This document shows positions 19,215-29,483 of a stretch of 64,000 nt of DNA, piece by piece. A program made the position numbers and the translations under genes. The first letter of the stretch is position 1. The number at the start of each line of letters is the position of its first letter. The notes under the pieces are model-generated. The model was given only the letters and a program-made list of their open reading frames with translations, searched no databases and had not been told where the DNA came from. Origin of the DNA: a virus; the IMG/VR virus record IMGVR_UViG_3300045541_000131, positions 1 to 64,000 of that record. The stretch is one strand, 5' to 3'.

Positions 19215-19573
19215 TGTACGACGATATTAAAGATCGAATCATTGCTAATCTAAAAGGCGTATATGATCCGGAAATTCCAGTAAACATCTACGACTTAGGG
19301 CTTATATATGACTTGTATGTTGACGATAAAGATGTTAAAATCACCATGACTTTAACTAGTGCATTTTGTCCTAGTGCTGAAGAAATTCCACAAGAGGTGC
19401 ATTGGCAAGCGGAAAATGCTGTTAAAGAGTTAAATACTACTAGAACTGTATCAGTAGATGTGGTTTTTGATCCCCCTTGGACACCCGATCGTGTCAGCGA
19501 GGAGGCTCGTTTAGAAATGGGAATGTATGATTATGATCAAGAAAATTCTAGATTGGATCCTTGGCAAGAATGA
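19214..19573 (+). CDS. sufT: DUF59 / SufT Fe-S assembly protein
   Basis: VYDPEIPVNIYDLGLIY, MTLTSAFCP, FDPPWTP. Confidence 0.92.
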   Translation: MYDDIKDRIIANLKGVYDPEIPVNIYDLGLIYDLYVDDKDVKITMTLTSAFCPSAEEIPQEVHWQAENAVKELNTTRTVSVDVVFDPPWTPDRVSEEARLEMGMYDYDQENSRLDPWQE

Positions 19574-19865
19574 CTCGGGTTCGACGACAACCGCGCATCC
19601 GTTAGATGGTGCAACACGCACAGCACAAGAACGTGCCGAAGCGCCTTATAAAATTGAAACTACAACTGTAACCGTTGTTGAAACTCCAGTAGTTGAAACT
19701 CCAGTAGTTGAAACTCCAGTAGTTACCGTTAAGGCCAAATACAAGAAAGCTGATCTTAACAAAATGACTAAGAAAGAATTGCTTGACTTAGCAGCTCAGC
19801 ATGGTGTAGCAGTCAAGGCTCGTGCAGCCAAAGCTGATCTAGTAAAGACACTAAGCAAGGTATGA
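19527..19865 (+). CDS. hypothetical protein with VETPV repeats and Rho-N/HeH-like C-terminus
   Basis: LNKMTKKELLDLAAQHGV...KADLV. Confidence 0.6.
   Translation: MIMIKKILDWILGKNDSGSTTTAHPLDGATRTAQERAEAPYKIETTTVTVVETPVVETPVVETPVVTVKAKYKKADLNKMTKKELLDLAAQHGVAVKARAAKADLVKTLSKV
19677..19724 (+). repeat. 15-bp tandem repeat x3 (gttgaaactccagta)
   Basis: Seen directly; encodes VETPV x3. Confidence 0.9.
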
Positions 19866-20194
19866 CCATATTAGATATTTCCGAAGAAGCAAAAGCTCAC
19901 ATTATATCAATGTTAGAACGTGCCGGCATGCCGGCAGTTGAGCTTAAATTAGAGCCACAGGGTTGCAATGGATATAAGTATATCTGGAATCCTGTAAGCT
20001 CCGCTTCCGGAGATAATCTAGTAAATTTACAAGATAGTTATTATGTAATTATCAGTAAGCAAGTATTGCCATTCGTCATTGACAGTCAAGTAAAATTAGA
20101 AAAATCTTCGTTAATGGGCACTCGACTAGTGTTGGTCAATCCTCATGAAGCTGGCGCTTGTGGCTGCGGTGAAAGTGTTAATTTCAAACAATGA
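19862..20194 (+). CDS. sufA: A-type Fe-S carrier (SufA/IscA, HesB family)
   Basis: GCNGY and NP...CGCGESV. Confidence 0.88.
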   Translation: MTILDISEEAKAHIISMLERAGMPAVELKLEPQGCNGYKYIWNPVSSASGDNLVNLQDSYYVIISKQVLPFVIDSQVKLEKSSLMGTRLVLVNPHEAGACGCGESVNFKQ

Positions 20195-20409
20195 ATGAAC
20201 CTACTATAGAGCAACATTTGCAAATGCTAATGGAGCGCGAGCGTGAACTGATCAAAAAGATGAATGTAGCTATCCGTGCAGGCGCAAATCCTCAAATTTT
20301 AAGTCAATTTGATTTTTTATTAGAAGAGTGTAGATTTGCACAGCAAGAATTAAGAATCAAACAAAAATCTAATGGTAATGATTTTGACGATTATTTAAGT
20401 ATTGGTTAA
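20191..20409 (+). CDS. hypothetical protein
   Basis: Coupled ORF. Confidence 0.6.
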   Translation: MNEPTIEQHLQMLMERERELIKKMNVAIRAGANPQILSQFDFLLEECRFAQQELRIKQKSNGNDFDDYLSIG

Positions 20410-20889
20410 ATGTTAGATCACACAGGCAAAATGTACATCGAAGACAATGATATAATTGAGTTGATGCTAGCCAACAGGCAAGCAAAAATACTGCCGAGAA
20501 ATCCCAATAGCTTTGCTGATTTTGAAAATCAGTGCAAGCTTTATGGATTCACTGTTCCGTTTAAAGTAGACACTGTTACTGATAAAATTGAATGGCTAAT
20601 GCCGGACGAATATAAAAATTTAGATATCAAAGAATACATCATCAGTAAACATACTTTAACTGAACAAGAATTACTTCGAGTCGAGCATGAACTTGAAGAA
20701 TTTGACAAACGTAACTTGATGGATCTATTGCGTTTTCTCTGTTACTTTGTTAAAGTATTAAGAACTAATAATGTTATCTATGGCGTAGGCAGAGGCAGTA
20801 GCATTGCCAGTTACGTTTTATACCTATTAGGTGTTCATAGAATTAATAGTTTTAAATTTAATTTGGATATTAAGGAATTCCTCAAATGA
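20410..20889 (+). CDS. DNA polymerase III alpha (DnaE)-like fragment
   Basis: R..HEL..F...GVGRGSSIASYVLYLLGV; ends before the catalytic Asp motif. Confidence 0.8.
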   Translation: MLDHTGKMYIEDNDIIELMLANRQAKILPRNPNSFADFENQCKLYGFTVPFKVDTVTDKIEWLMPDEYKNLDIKEYIISKHTLTEQELLRVEHELEEFDKRNLMDLLRFLCYFVKVLRTNNVIYGVGRGSSIASYVLYLLGVHRINSFKFNLDIKEFLK

Positions 20890-21239
20890 AACACAGAACA
20901 GCACGCGGCCTTGAATTTAATATGCAGTCGTTCGCTTCTTCGCAGGGAGACACTATTGCTGTTGGTAACAGTGGCAGAAATGCTCGCGGAGATTTAATCG
21001 GGCCTGGCGGAAAAATTATTGCTTCCAGCCAACAAATCGAAAAGAAATCTTCGACAAGTACAGAAAGCAAAAAGGTTAATTTAAATCTTTCGGAATATGA
21101 AGTTGGACGTAGAGAAGTTGTTGGTGCTGATGGCAGTAAACATTGGGAAGTTAAATTTGCCGATGGCAGCATCGAAGTTATTCCGCAAGAAAATCAAAAA
21201 GTTAATATTGATCGTGAACCAAACTTAGGAGATTTATAA
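20886..21239 (+). CDS. hypothetical phage protein
   Basis: IAVGNSGRNARGDLIGPGG. Confidence 0.65.
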   Translation: MKHRTARGLEFNMQSFASSQGDTIAVGNSGRNARGDLIGPGGKIIASSQQIEKKSSTSTESKKVNLNLSEYEVGRREVVGADGSKHWEVKFADGSIEVIPQENQKVNIDREPNLGDL

Positions 21240-21611
21240 TTGAACGTTAGACCATTACCTGGAAATATTTTTGCTCAACTTGAAGTTGGCGAACGTGTTA
21301 CTGCATCAGGCATTGTACTTCGCGATGATAACGGCAAAGATCACGGCATTCGTCCTCGCTGGGGCCGTGTATGGCAAGTAGCTGAAGATATCGATTACAT
21401 TAAGCCTGGACAATGGATTCTCTGCGAACACGGTCGTTGGACCATGACTATTGAAGTTCGCCAGGAAGATGGATCAGTACTAAAATTCCAAAAGATTGAT
21501 CCCAATGGCATTATGGCTGTACAAGACGAAGCACCGACCGATACAATTATTGGCGAAAGTTTTGACCTTGGCGGTTCAACTCATACAGCTGAAGACTTTG
21601 GCGCTCGCTAA
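21240..21611 (+). CDS. GroES-like co-chaperonin
   Basis: VRPL...ERVTASGIVL...G.V..V. Confidence 0.75.
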   Translation: MNVRPLPGNIFAQLEVGERVTASGIVLRDDNGKDHGIRPRWGRVWQVAEDIDYIKPGQWILCEHGRWTMTIEVRQEDGSVLKFQKIDPNGIMAVQDEAPTDTIIGESFDLGGSTHTAEDFGAR

Positions 21612-21613
21612 AG

Positions 21614-21642
21614 TTGACTTTACCGACAAAATCTTATACAAT
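21614..21642 (+). promoter_or_regulatory. sigma70-type promoter (leaderless mRNA likely)
   Basis: TTGACT-17nt-TACAAT; ATG 6 nt downstream. Confidence 0.7.
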
Positions 21643-21648
21643 CGCTAA

Positions 21649-22593
21649 ATGACTACTAGCAACTATCTCTGGATTGAGAAATATCGTCCCGCCACTGCAA
21701 AAGATTATGTTTGGATTGATCCTGCCCAAAAACTCATGGTAGAGGGTTGGATTCATGATAAAAACATTCCGCATCTATTGCTCAGCGGGCCACCCGGTAC
21801 TGGCAAGACTACACTGGCTCGTGTACTGTGCAATGAGCTAGATGTGCAAAAAGCAGACATCATGTTCATTAACGCCAGTCATGAAACTGGTGTTGAAAAC
21901 TTGCGTGACAAAGTTACTAACTTTTGTCGCAGTATGGCTTTTGGCGACTTCCGTGTTATTATCCTAGACGAAGCAGATTATCTAAGTCCTAATGCTCAGG
22001 CCGTGCTGCGCGGCATGTTAGAACAATACAGCAACGTTGCTCGTTTCATTCTAACTTGTAATATGCCACACAAAATCATGCCAGCACTGCACAGTCGCTG
22101 TCAGGGGTTTAGTTTCCATCAGCTTAGTGAAGATGAGTTTAAGATTCGTCTAGCTAGCATTCTTGCTGAAGAAGGCCGAGACTTTGAAGTTGACGACTTA
22201 ACTAACTTCGTCAAGGTCATGTATCCTGACTTGCGTAAAGCAATCAATACTGCACAACAGTACAGCAGTAGCGGCAAACTTGTTTTGCCAAGTGCGGGTC
22301 AAGGAACGGATACTAGTGAATGGAAGCTAGAAGCTATTGCTATGATACAAAATGGACGCATTCGCCAGGCTCGAGAACATATCTGTAAAAAGATTGGCAT
22401 GGAAGAATACGAGGAAGTTTACAAGTTCTTGTATCGCAACTTAGAGTTCTGGGGCGAGGATGAGGACACGCAGGATCTTGCTATTGTCGTCATTAAAGAG
22501 GGGATGGTAAATCACAGTCTTTGTTCGGACCCGGAGATTAATTTATCGGCAACAATGGTCAAACTTGACCGACTGCGCCGAGGTATTATCTAA
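21649..22593 (+). CDS. sliding clamp loader subunit (RFC-small/T4 gp44-like)
   Basis: WIEKYRP, GPPGTGKTT, ILDEAD, SRC, PDLRKAIN. Confidence 0.93.
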   Translation: MTTSNYLWIEKYRPATAKDYVWIDPAQKLMVEGWIHDKNIPHLLLSGPPGTGKTTLARVLCNELDVQKADIMFINASHETGVENLRDKVTNFCRSMAFGDFRVIILDEADYLSPNAQAVLRGMLEQYSNVARFILTCNMPHKIMPALHSRCQGFSFHQLSEDEFKIRLASILAEEGRDFEVDDLTNFVKVMYPDLRKAINTAQQYSSSGKLVLPSAGQGTDTSEWKLEAIAMIQNGRIRQAREHICKKIGMEEYEEVYKFLYRNLEFWGEDEDTQDLAIVVIKEGMVNHSLCSDPEINLSATMVKLDRLRRGII

Positions 22594-22625
22594 ACTGTAG
22601 AACTGCAAGACCCTAGTCAAACAGT

Positions 22626-23348
22626 TTAGTTTTCGCCGTAAATCTTAAGAACCTCAGCAACAGCAGGGTGACGTTCTACGTCTTTCTGCTCGAATTCTAC
22701 TACACCAATCATTTTGCTAGATGTTGATTGTAACTTTGTAATAAAGTCTTTGAGGCCATTTGCTTCGTAACCACGATCATGCTGTGCAAGGTCGCCAGTT
22801 ACAAAGATTCTACTGTTATTACCAATGCGAGTTAATAACATCTTCATTTGGCTTGGTGTAGCGTTTTGCATTTCATCTGCTAAAATTATTGCGTTCTCAA
22901 ATGTGCGTCCTCTCATGTAGGCTAAAGGCGCAACCTCGATAACATTTTCTTCGATCATATTTTCAATGTATTTTGGAGCCCAATACTGCTCGAATACATC
23001 AAAAATTGGTCGTGTCCAAGGCTGCATCTTTTCGATAAGTGTGCCAGGCAGGAAACCGTGTTGTTCGTCAACACTCACTGCTGGTCTCGTAATAATCACC
23101 TTGTCAATTCTGCCTGCTTTAAGCTCGCGCACTGCTAATAGACAAGCCAATAGGGTTTTGCCTGTACCAGCTGGTCCAATAGCAAAAACAATGTGCTTTT
23201 TTTGATCTTCTAGAAGTGCCAAGTAATCTTCCTGACGCATATTTTTTGGCAGGATTTCTACTTGTCGTTGGCGTTCTTTACGATATTTTTCAATATGCAG
23301 AACTGCGGCATGCTCCTGTGGTTGAGCACGTTTATGTCGTTTTGTCAT
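22626..23348 (-). CDS. phoH: PhoH-like ATPase
   Basis: GPAGTGKT, TRPAV, GFLPG, YMRGRTF, DEMQN, GDLAQ; GGAGG RBS before 23348. Confidence 0.95.
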   Translation of the reverse strand: MTKRHKRAQPQEHAAVLHIEKYRKERQRQVEILPKNMRQEDYLALLEDQKKHIVFAIGPAGTGKTLLACLLAVRELKAGRIDKVIITRPAVSVDEQHGFLPGTLIEKMQPWTRPIFDVFEQYWAPKYIENMIEENVIEVAPLAYMRGRTFENAIILADEMQNATPSQMKMLLTRIGNNSRIFVTGDLAQHDRGYEANGLKDFITKLQSTSSKMIGVVEFEQKDVERHPAVAEVLKIYGEN

Positions 23349-23482
23349 TCTAATACCTCCATTAATGGGATGATTAGTTTGACTATGGGTCTTGCTGTCC
23401 ACAATAATATTTACCGAGAGACTATGATGCCGGTGTTGATAATGCATTTTTTTGGTAAATATTAAAAAGTAAGGATTTTTCA

Positions 23483-24130
23483 ATGTCTGTTATTTCCTAT
23501 AAAAACTATGCCTATCTAAAAGGACCCAAAGGCGACCGCGGACCCAAAGGCGACAAAGGCGACCGCGGTCCAGCCGGTGATTCTGGGGTATTATCTGCCA
23601 CCGGAAGAATTTTGTATGATTCTAGCGCCAAAGTTATTTCCTTTGATTCTACTGGCCTGGCCTCTGAAACTTATGTTAATAGTGCTATTAGTAATTTAAT
23701 TGACTCGGCGCCTACACTATTAAACACTCTAAATGAACTAGCAGCAGCATTAGGTGATGATCCTAATTTTGCCAGCTCTGTGGTCTTAAAGACTGGTTCA
23801 ACAATGACAGGTTTTTTAACACTTAGTAGCGATCCTACTAGTGCATTACACGCAGCCACTAAACAATATGTTGATAACTCAATCAACTCTTTGCCTTCAA
23901 GCACCGACGAACTAACCGAAGGATCAACAAATCTCTATTATACTACTGCCAGAGCCAGATCTGCTATTAGTGCCAGCGGATCTTTAAGTTATAACAGCAG
24001 CACTGGTGTTATCAGTTATACTGCACCCGAATTGGCTACAATAGCAACAACTGGCAGCTATAATGATTTATTAGATGTTCCTGGCGATCTATTAACTGAT
24101 TCTAGCATATTAGACGGCGGCACCTTCTAA
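23483..24130 (+). CDS. collagen-repeat tail-fibre-like structural protein
   Basis: GPKGD repeats; APTLLNTLNELAAALGDDPNF; HAATKQYVD; EGSTNLYYTTARAR. Confidence 0.8.
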   Translation: MSVISYKNYAYLKGPKGDRGPKGDKGDRGPAGDSGVLSATGRILYDSSAKVISFDSTGLASETYVNSAISNLIDSAPTLLNTLNELAAALGDDPNFASSVVLKTGSTMTGFLTLSSDPTSALHAATKQYVDNSINSLPSSTDELTEGSTNLYYTTARARSAISASGSLSYNSSTGVISYTAPELATIATTGSYNDLLDVPGDLLTDSSILDGGTF

Positions 24131-24152
24131 TTTAACATGCATAAATAAACTT

Positions 24153-24698
24153 ATGATTGATATTGATCTAATTTATACCACCTTAGACGACGTTTATAGC
24201 AGCGAGAATATATTAGATATTCTAGTAGAATTTGAACGTGTTTTTGACGAGCTGGATATCTATGTTTATAAAAATTGGATAAAAGGCGAAATTGTCGAAG
24301 GCCCTAAGGTTGATCGTTATTGGATAACTGTAACTTTAATGTATCCTCATAAACTGATGCCCGACCCCGAAGCTGGAAAAAGATTAATTGACCATGGCTG
24401 TAAAATTTGGTGGGGCGAAGACACATTAAAACAAGTGGGTAAAATCAAAGGCGAAGAAAGTTACGAAGTTGACGAAAAAGGCAGGTTAAACGCCAAAATC
24501 GTCGAAAGTCCAGTGTGGCTTGTTAAAATTAGTATGCCCAGACACTTTGTCGATGAAAAGAAAACAGAAAAAGTTCAAACAGGAAACACCAGCATCGATT
24601 TAGATGATGTAACTGACGCATACGATGAAAATCTCAACAGCGACGAAGTAGCAAAAGGTAATGCAGCCGATGAAACAACACAACAACAAAACACTTAA
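24153..24698 (+). CDS. hypothetical phage protein
   Basis: TAAATA immediately upstream; YKNW..GE.V.GP...MPDP. Confidence 0.7.
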   Translation: MIDIDLIYTTLDDVYSSENILDILVEFERVFDELDIYVYKNWIKGEIVEGPKVDRYWITVTLMYPHKLMPDPEAGKRLIDHGCKIWWGEDTLKQVGKIKGEESYEVDEKGRLNAKIVESPVWLVKISMPRHFVDEKKTEKVQTGNTSIDLDDVTDAYDENLNSDEVAKGNAADETTQQQNT

Positions 24699-25191
24699 CG
24701 AACATCTTAGTGAAAATGATTTAAAGTGGCTAGTCAATGACTGTGTGTTAATTGACATGCACAAAACTAAGCTAGGGGAAGACAAAGACTACATTGTTGT
24801 CAGTGTGGCATTAAATGACAGAACTCCAGCGCATGACATGGCAAGGTTTTTAGAAAACAGTGTTCATGACTTTGAAGACATTGAAGTAAGTCCGGCCACC
24901 GATGCCAAGGGAAGATATTTGGTCTACATTGAAATTAAGCGTAACCCAGAAGCGTTTTCTACAATATCAGGCCTGCTCGACGACGGCGGTAAATTAAGTG
25001 GAATTACAGAATGGAAATTTCGAACATTGGGAAATGACAGCGAAGTTCCGTTTGATGAACAAACATTTAATCAATATGTAATTACCGACCCTGTGGCCTA
25101 TGAACAACGGCATCCTAAACAAGATAAAGACGAAGAAGGTTCTTTGGCCGAATCAATAAAAAATCGTCTTAAATTTTTACTTAATTATTAA
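24661..25191 (+). CDS. hypothetical phage protein
   Basis: ORF in operon context. Confidence 0.65.
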   Translation: MQPMKQHNNKTLNEHLSENDLKWLVNDCVLIDMHKTKLGEDKDYIVVSVALNDRTPAHDMARFLENSVHDFEDIEVSPATDAKGRYLVYIEIKRNPEAFSTISGLLDDGGKLSGITEWKFRTLGNDSEVPFDEQTFNQYVITDPVAYEQRHPKQDKDEEGSLAESIKNRLKFLLNY

Positions 25192-25415
25192 TGAGCAAAG
25201 AAGATTTAATACAAGTAAAAGGTCGTGTTATCGAATGTTTGCCAAATGCAACTTTTCGAGTGGAACTAGAAGGCATAGAAAAAATTATCATTGCGACTAT
25301 TTCTGGAAAAATTAGAAAACACAACATAAACATATTAAGATACGACGTCGTTGATGTCGAACTTAGCACTTATGACCTTACGAAAGGCCGCATTATATTT
25401 AGGTACAAATCATGA
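25191..25415 (+). CDS. infA: translation initiation factor IF-1
   Basis: [26 protein letters not shown]...SGKIRKHNI...YDLTKGRI. Confidence 0.95.
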   Translation: MSKEDLIQVKGRVIECLPNATFRVELEGIEKIIIATISGKIRKHNINILRYDVVDVELSTYDLTKGRIIFRYKS

Positions 25416-25921
25416 GTCAGTTAATTTGGATGATAGACCTAATACCAAATTGGTTTTGGACATTAGTTTTATGGGCCGGCATCTTGGCTCTTACTGCTTC
25501 GTACATTCTAGGTAAAATTCCTGTTGTCAAGCAATACAAAATACCATTACGTGTTGGCGGTGTGACTGCTATAATCGTCGGAGTTTATTTCTATGGAGTA
25601 ATTGCTAATGAAGAAAAATGGCAAGCAAGAGTAGAAGAATTGCAACGACAAGTTAAAGAAGCCGAAGTCGAAGGCGAAGCAGCCAACGAAAAGTTGGGAC
25701 AAGCATTACAAGACAAGAAAACAGTTATTGTTGAAAAGGGAAAAGAAGTTATCAAATATGTGGATAAGTTTCGAGACCGCGAAGTATTAAAAACCGTCGA
25801 AGGTCCTGAACGAATTCGTGTTGAAGAAGTTATCAAATATGTAGAACGCTGCCCAGTGCCTAAGGAATTGGTTGATGCACACAACATGGCAGCTGAATTG
25901 CCAAAAGGAGACAAGAAATGA
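25412..25921 (+). CDS. i-spanin (Rz)-like membrane protein
   Basis: N-terminal TMs, coiled coil, C-terminal Cys; followed by a lipoprotein. Confidence 0.6.
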   Translation: MSQLIWMIDLIPNWFWTLVLWAGILALTASYILGKIPVVKQYKIPLRVGGVTAIIVGVYFYGVIANEEKWQARVEELQRQVKEAEVEGEAANEKLGQALQDKKTVIVEKGKEVIKYVDKFRDREVLKTVEGPERIRVEEVIKYVERCPVPKELVDAHNMAAELPKGDKK

Positions 25922-26196
25922 GATTAATAGTAATTGCCTTGTCTGCTGCACTTCTTTCAGGCTGTGCCATGTTTACTAAATTTTTGCCGGCTAAACCAAA
26001 ATTTCCAGAACCCATTAAAGAACTAACTGAACCTTGTCCCAGTTTAGAAACTATTAAAGGTGATCAAGTGGCTATCACTGACTTGCTCAAGGCAGTGGTA
26101 AACAATTATAATCTATATCATCAGTGCAGTCTTAAAAATGATGGTTGGAATGAATGGTATAAAAACCAAAAAGAGATATACGACAAAATTAAATAA
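25918..26196 (+). CDS. o-spanin (Rz1)-like lipoprotein
   Basis: Lipobox LSGC, Pro-rich segment, C...NY..Y..C. Confidence 0.65.
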   Translation: MRLIVIALSAALLSGCAMFTKFLPAKPKFPEPIKELTEPCPSLETIKGDQVAITDLLKAVVNNYNLYHQCSLKNDGWNEWYKNQKEIYDKIK

Positions 26197-26213
26197 TGTC
26201 TGAGGAGACAAAA

Positions 26214-26474
26214 ATGAAAGCTTTATTATCAATTGTTGCCGCGCTCGTAACCACAGGTTGCGCCACAAATAAAGATTACCAAATCTACGCCGAAAATACT
26301 AGCAAAATTGTTGCGGCTGTTAATGCTAGCGAAGCTGCTTGTTTTTTGGTAGTTGCCGAAGGTGTTAAAGGTGGCGACAATTCTACCAAAACTGCTATTA
26401 CTTCACAAGTAGAAAAGTGTAAGAAGCAGACACCAAAAATTGAACCACCAAAGAAAAATTGGCTTGGCTTCTAA
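26214..26474 (+). CDS. lipoprotein
   Basis: GAGGAG RBS; lipobox TTGC. Confidence 0.6.
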   Translation: MKALLSIVAALVTTGCATNKDYQIYAENTSKIVAAVNASEAACFLVVAEGVKGGDNSTKTAITSQVEKCKKQTPKIEPPKKNWLGF

Positions 26475-26503
26475 TTGACTACTATTGGCTCATGTTGTAA
26501 AAT
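26475..26503 (+). promoter_or_regulatory. sigma70-type promoter
   Basis: TTGACT-17nt-TAAAAT upstream of clpA. Confidence 0.7.
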
Positions 26504-26575
26504 AAGAACTGTAAACATCAGCAGACTCAATTCAAAATTTTTTGAACCATAGTCTATGTAAGCAAAGGAAATAAC

Positions 26576-28774
26576 ATGGCTACCGAAGAAAATAGTGCAA
26601 TCAATGAAATTCTAGAAAAAGCATTCAGATTGGCACTAAACAAAGAACACGAGTATGTTACGTTAGAACATCTAACTCTGATTCTATTAGAAAATAGTGA
26701 AATCCAAGAATATCTCAGTTTGATGGGAATTAGTGCTAGCCCTGTTATGGAGGATTTGATTAATTTTCTAAATGGGCAAGAATATCTCATTGTTCAAGGC
26801 CTCACTAAGCCCCGAAAAACTCAAACTTTAGAAAGAGCTTTTAATCGAGCATTTACTCAGGCTATTTTCAATGGCCGTGGCGGTATTGCTCCACAGGACA
26901 TGATGCTGAGTATTCTCAGTGAGCGAAATAGCCATGCCTGTTTCTATTTGGCTGAACATGGTATTACCAAAGAATTGTTCTTGGAAGTGTTGTCTAAACA
27001 CACAAAACAAACTAGTAAAAATAATCGCATGGCCGAAAAAATTCTCATTGAATACTGCGTCAATCTAAACGAAGAAGCCAAACAACAAAGAATTGATCCG
27101 CTGATTGGTCGAAACAAAGAAGTTGGTGTATTGGCACAAATTCTAGCTCGACGTAAAAAGCGTAATGCTATTTTGGTTGGCGAGCCGGGCGTAGGTAAGA
27201 CTGCCATTGTTGAAGGTCTTGCTCGTAAAATTGTCGAAGGCAATGTCAGTCATACACTTGCAAACTCTGTTATCTATAGCTTGGATATGGGTGCGCTTAT
27301 GGCTGGCACAAAATATCGAGGTGACTTCGAAGAGCGCATCAAGCAAGTTATTGATGTGCTAGAACAAATGCCAGAAGCTGTGTTGTTTATTGATGAAATT
27401 CACACAGTAGTTGGTGCGGGCGCAGCAGGTTCTAATAGCATGGACATGGCCAATTTGATTAAACCTGCACTAACTCGTGGTCGAGTACAAATTATTGGCA
27501 GTACAACCTGGGAAGAATATCGCGAAACCATTGAACCTGAACGTGCCTTAGCACGCCGCTTTACCAAGTTGGAAGTGGAAGAAATGGATCCCGAAGATTG
27601 TAAAGCAATGCTTCATGAAATTATGCCTGAATATGAAAAGTATCACGATATTCAGGTTCAAAAGAATGCCATTGACGCTGTTGTTGACTTAACGGCCACT
27701 CATATGCATGACAAGTATTTGCCAGACAAAGCCATTGACGTTTTAGATAGTGCCATGGCGTTACTAAAAGTCAGTCAACGTGACAAGCTTCTGACACTAG
27801 AAGATATCAAACTAGAAGTTAGCAAACAAGCTCGCATTCCCGTTGAGCAATTGAATACCGGCGAGAACATTAGCGAAAATGTTGATTACGAATTTAAGAT
27901 CAAGTCCAAAGTCTATGGCCAAAACAAAGCTGTAGAAAAATTACTTGATAGCGTTTACATTGCCAAAGCAGGTCTCAAGGATCTCGATAAGCCAATGGGC
28001 AGTTATTTGTTTGTTGGACCAACTGGCGTAGGTAAAACCGAATTGGCACAACAATTGTCTGAATCCCTAGGCATGAAATTACTGCGCTATGATATGAGCG
28101 AGTACATGGAAAGCCATAAAGTAGCCAGTTTGATTGGTGCCCCTCCGGGCTATGTTGGCTACGGAGAAGGTGGGGCCGGTGCTGGAAAGTTGATCAACGA
28201 TCTCGAAGAAACTCCCAACGCTGTTCTACTATTGGACGAAATCGAAAAAGCACACCCAGACATTTTGAATATCTTGTTGGGTGTTATGGACAATGGCATG
28301 TTGACCAGCAGCGGCGGCAAAGCCGTAAGCTGTCGCAATATCATTCTTATTATGACGTCTAACCTAGGTGCAAGGGACGGCGAACGCAATAAGATTGGTT
28401 TCGATAACAGTCCTAATAAAAGTGCCAGTACTGATGCCGTTAACAAGCATTTTACACCAGAATTTAGAAATCGATTGGATGCCGTAATTGAATTTGATCG
28501 TCTAGATAAGACTCAAGTTCGACGAATTGCAATGAAGTTTATCGGCGAACTAAATGAACTGCTATCTAACAAAAATATCCATATTGATCTCAGCCCCGAG
28601 GCACTAAACAAACTAACCGAAGAGGGATTTGACGAAAAAATGGGCGCCAGACCCATGAAGCGATTGATCGCTGAAAAAATCAAGAAACCTCTAAGTAAGA
28701 AAATTGTTTTCGAAAATCTTCGAAATTGTAACATGATGGTACTTCACAATGGATCAGAATACGAGCTTAGATAA
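26576..28774 (+). CDS. clpA: ATP-dependent Clp protease ATPase subunit ClpA
   Basis: [10 protein letters not shown]-domain; GEPGVGKT and GPTGVGKT; no ClpB middle domain; IGF loop. Confidence 0.93.
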   Translation: MATEENSAINEILEKAFRLALNKEHEYVTLEHLTLILLENSEIQEYLSLMGISASPVMEDLINFLNGQEYLIVQGLTKPRKTQTLERAFNRAFTQAIFNGRGGIAPQDMMLSILSERNSHACFYLAEHGITKELFLEVLSKHTKQTSKNNRMAEKILIEYCVNLNEEAKQQRIDPLIGRNKEVGVLAQILARRKKRNAILVGEPGVGKTAIVEGLARKIVEGNVSHTLANSVIYSLDMGALMAGTKYRGDFEERIKQVIDVLEQMPEAVLFIDEIHTVVGAGAAGSNSMDMANLIKPALTRGRVQIIGSTTWEEYRETIEPERALARRFTKLEVEEMDPEDCKAMLHEIMPEYEKYHDIQVQKNAIDAVVDLTATHMHDKYLPDKAIDVLDSAMALLKVSQRDKLLTLEDIKLEVSKQARIPVEQLNTGENISENVDYEFKIKSKVYGQNKAVEKLLDSVYIAKAGLKDLDKPMGSYLFVGPTGVGKTELAQQLSESLGMKLLRYDMSEYMESHKVASLIGAPPGYVGYGEGGAGAGKLINDLEETPNAVLLLDEIEKAHPDILNILLGVMDNGMLTSSGGKAVSCRNIILIMTSNLGARDGERNKIGFDNSPNKSASTDAVNKHFTPEFRNRLDAVIEFDRLDKTQVRRIAMKFIGELNELLSNKNIHIDLSPEALNKLTEEGFDEKMGARPMKRLIAEKIKKPLSKKIVFENLRNCNMMVLHNGSEYELR

Positions 28775-29441
28775 TTGTAAATTACCTACCCATGTTAAGG
28801 TAAAACATATTCCCAAGAAATTTTATAGCAAATATGTATATAAAATTGTTTTGCAAATTGATAAAACGCAGCTAAAAGAAGATGGCCGGTTTCGGTCATG
28901 GCGTTCAAGTTATGCAACTTTTACGAATCGTTTGTCATTGTTAAATGATTTAATTAGATTGGTAAAATCAAAAATTACCGACGATGATTATCGTTTTCGC
29001 AGTGAAAGTCTAACTGTTAGTTATTTTACTAATAGTGAAAACGACATTGTATCTGTAATGAATTTTCTAGGACACAGAGTTATTGAATTTTACAGACCAG
29101 TGAGTGTGGCTCATGTTGATCTTTTAGACGAGCATACTAAAGTTGTTGTTAGATCTAGTTTGTTCGAAAAGAAATATCGATTTAAAGTATATCTAAAACC
29201 CAGTTGGGTTGATAGAGAAGCTCGATTTAAGGAAACTAAAGATTGGCTGGAAAGTTCGGCTACTGAATTTGGACTTAATAATTCACTACAGAATTTCTTT
29301 TATACCAATAAAAGTCCACGTGGCATGGGTTATACTGTAGCTGTTTATTTCAATGACCCGCAAGATCTCATGATGTTTCAACTGCGATTTAATGAAAAAA
29401 TTCAGAAAATCGAAGAAGCAGTATTAGTATCGGATCTTTGA
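28749..29441 (+). CDS. hypothetical phage protein
   Basis: Near C-terminal DPQDLMMFQLRF. Confidence 0.65.
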   Translation: MDQNTSLDNCKLPTHVKVKHIPKKFYSKYVYKIVLQIDKTQLKEDGRFRSWRSSYATFTNRLSLLNDLIRLVKSKITDDDYRFRSESLTVSYFTNSENDIVSVMNFLGHRVIEFYRPVSVAHVDLLDEHTKVVVRSSLFEKKYRFKVYLKPSWVDREARFKETKDWLESSATEFGLNNSLQNFFYTNKSPRGMGYTVAVYFNDPQDLMMFQLRFNEKIQKIEEAVLVSDL

Positions 29442-29483
29442 TTCGTTATAAATACGATATCAAACTTTTGAAAGGATTTTATT

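Noticed and set aside
19677-19724. Tandem repeat as CRISPR array
   Set aside because: 15-bp units with no spacers, in frame within a CDS.
23349-23483. N-terminal extension of PhoH in the ORF track
   Set aside because: A GGAGG RBS precedes ATG 23348, and the extension covers divergent promoter motifs.
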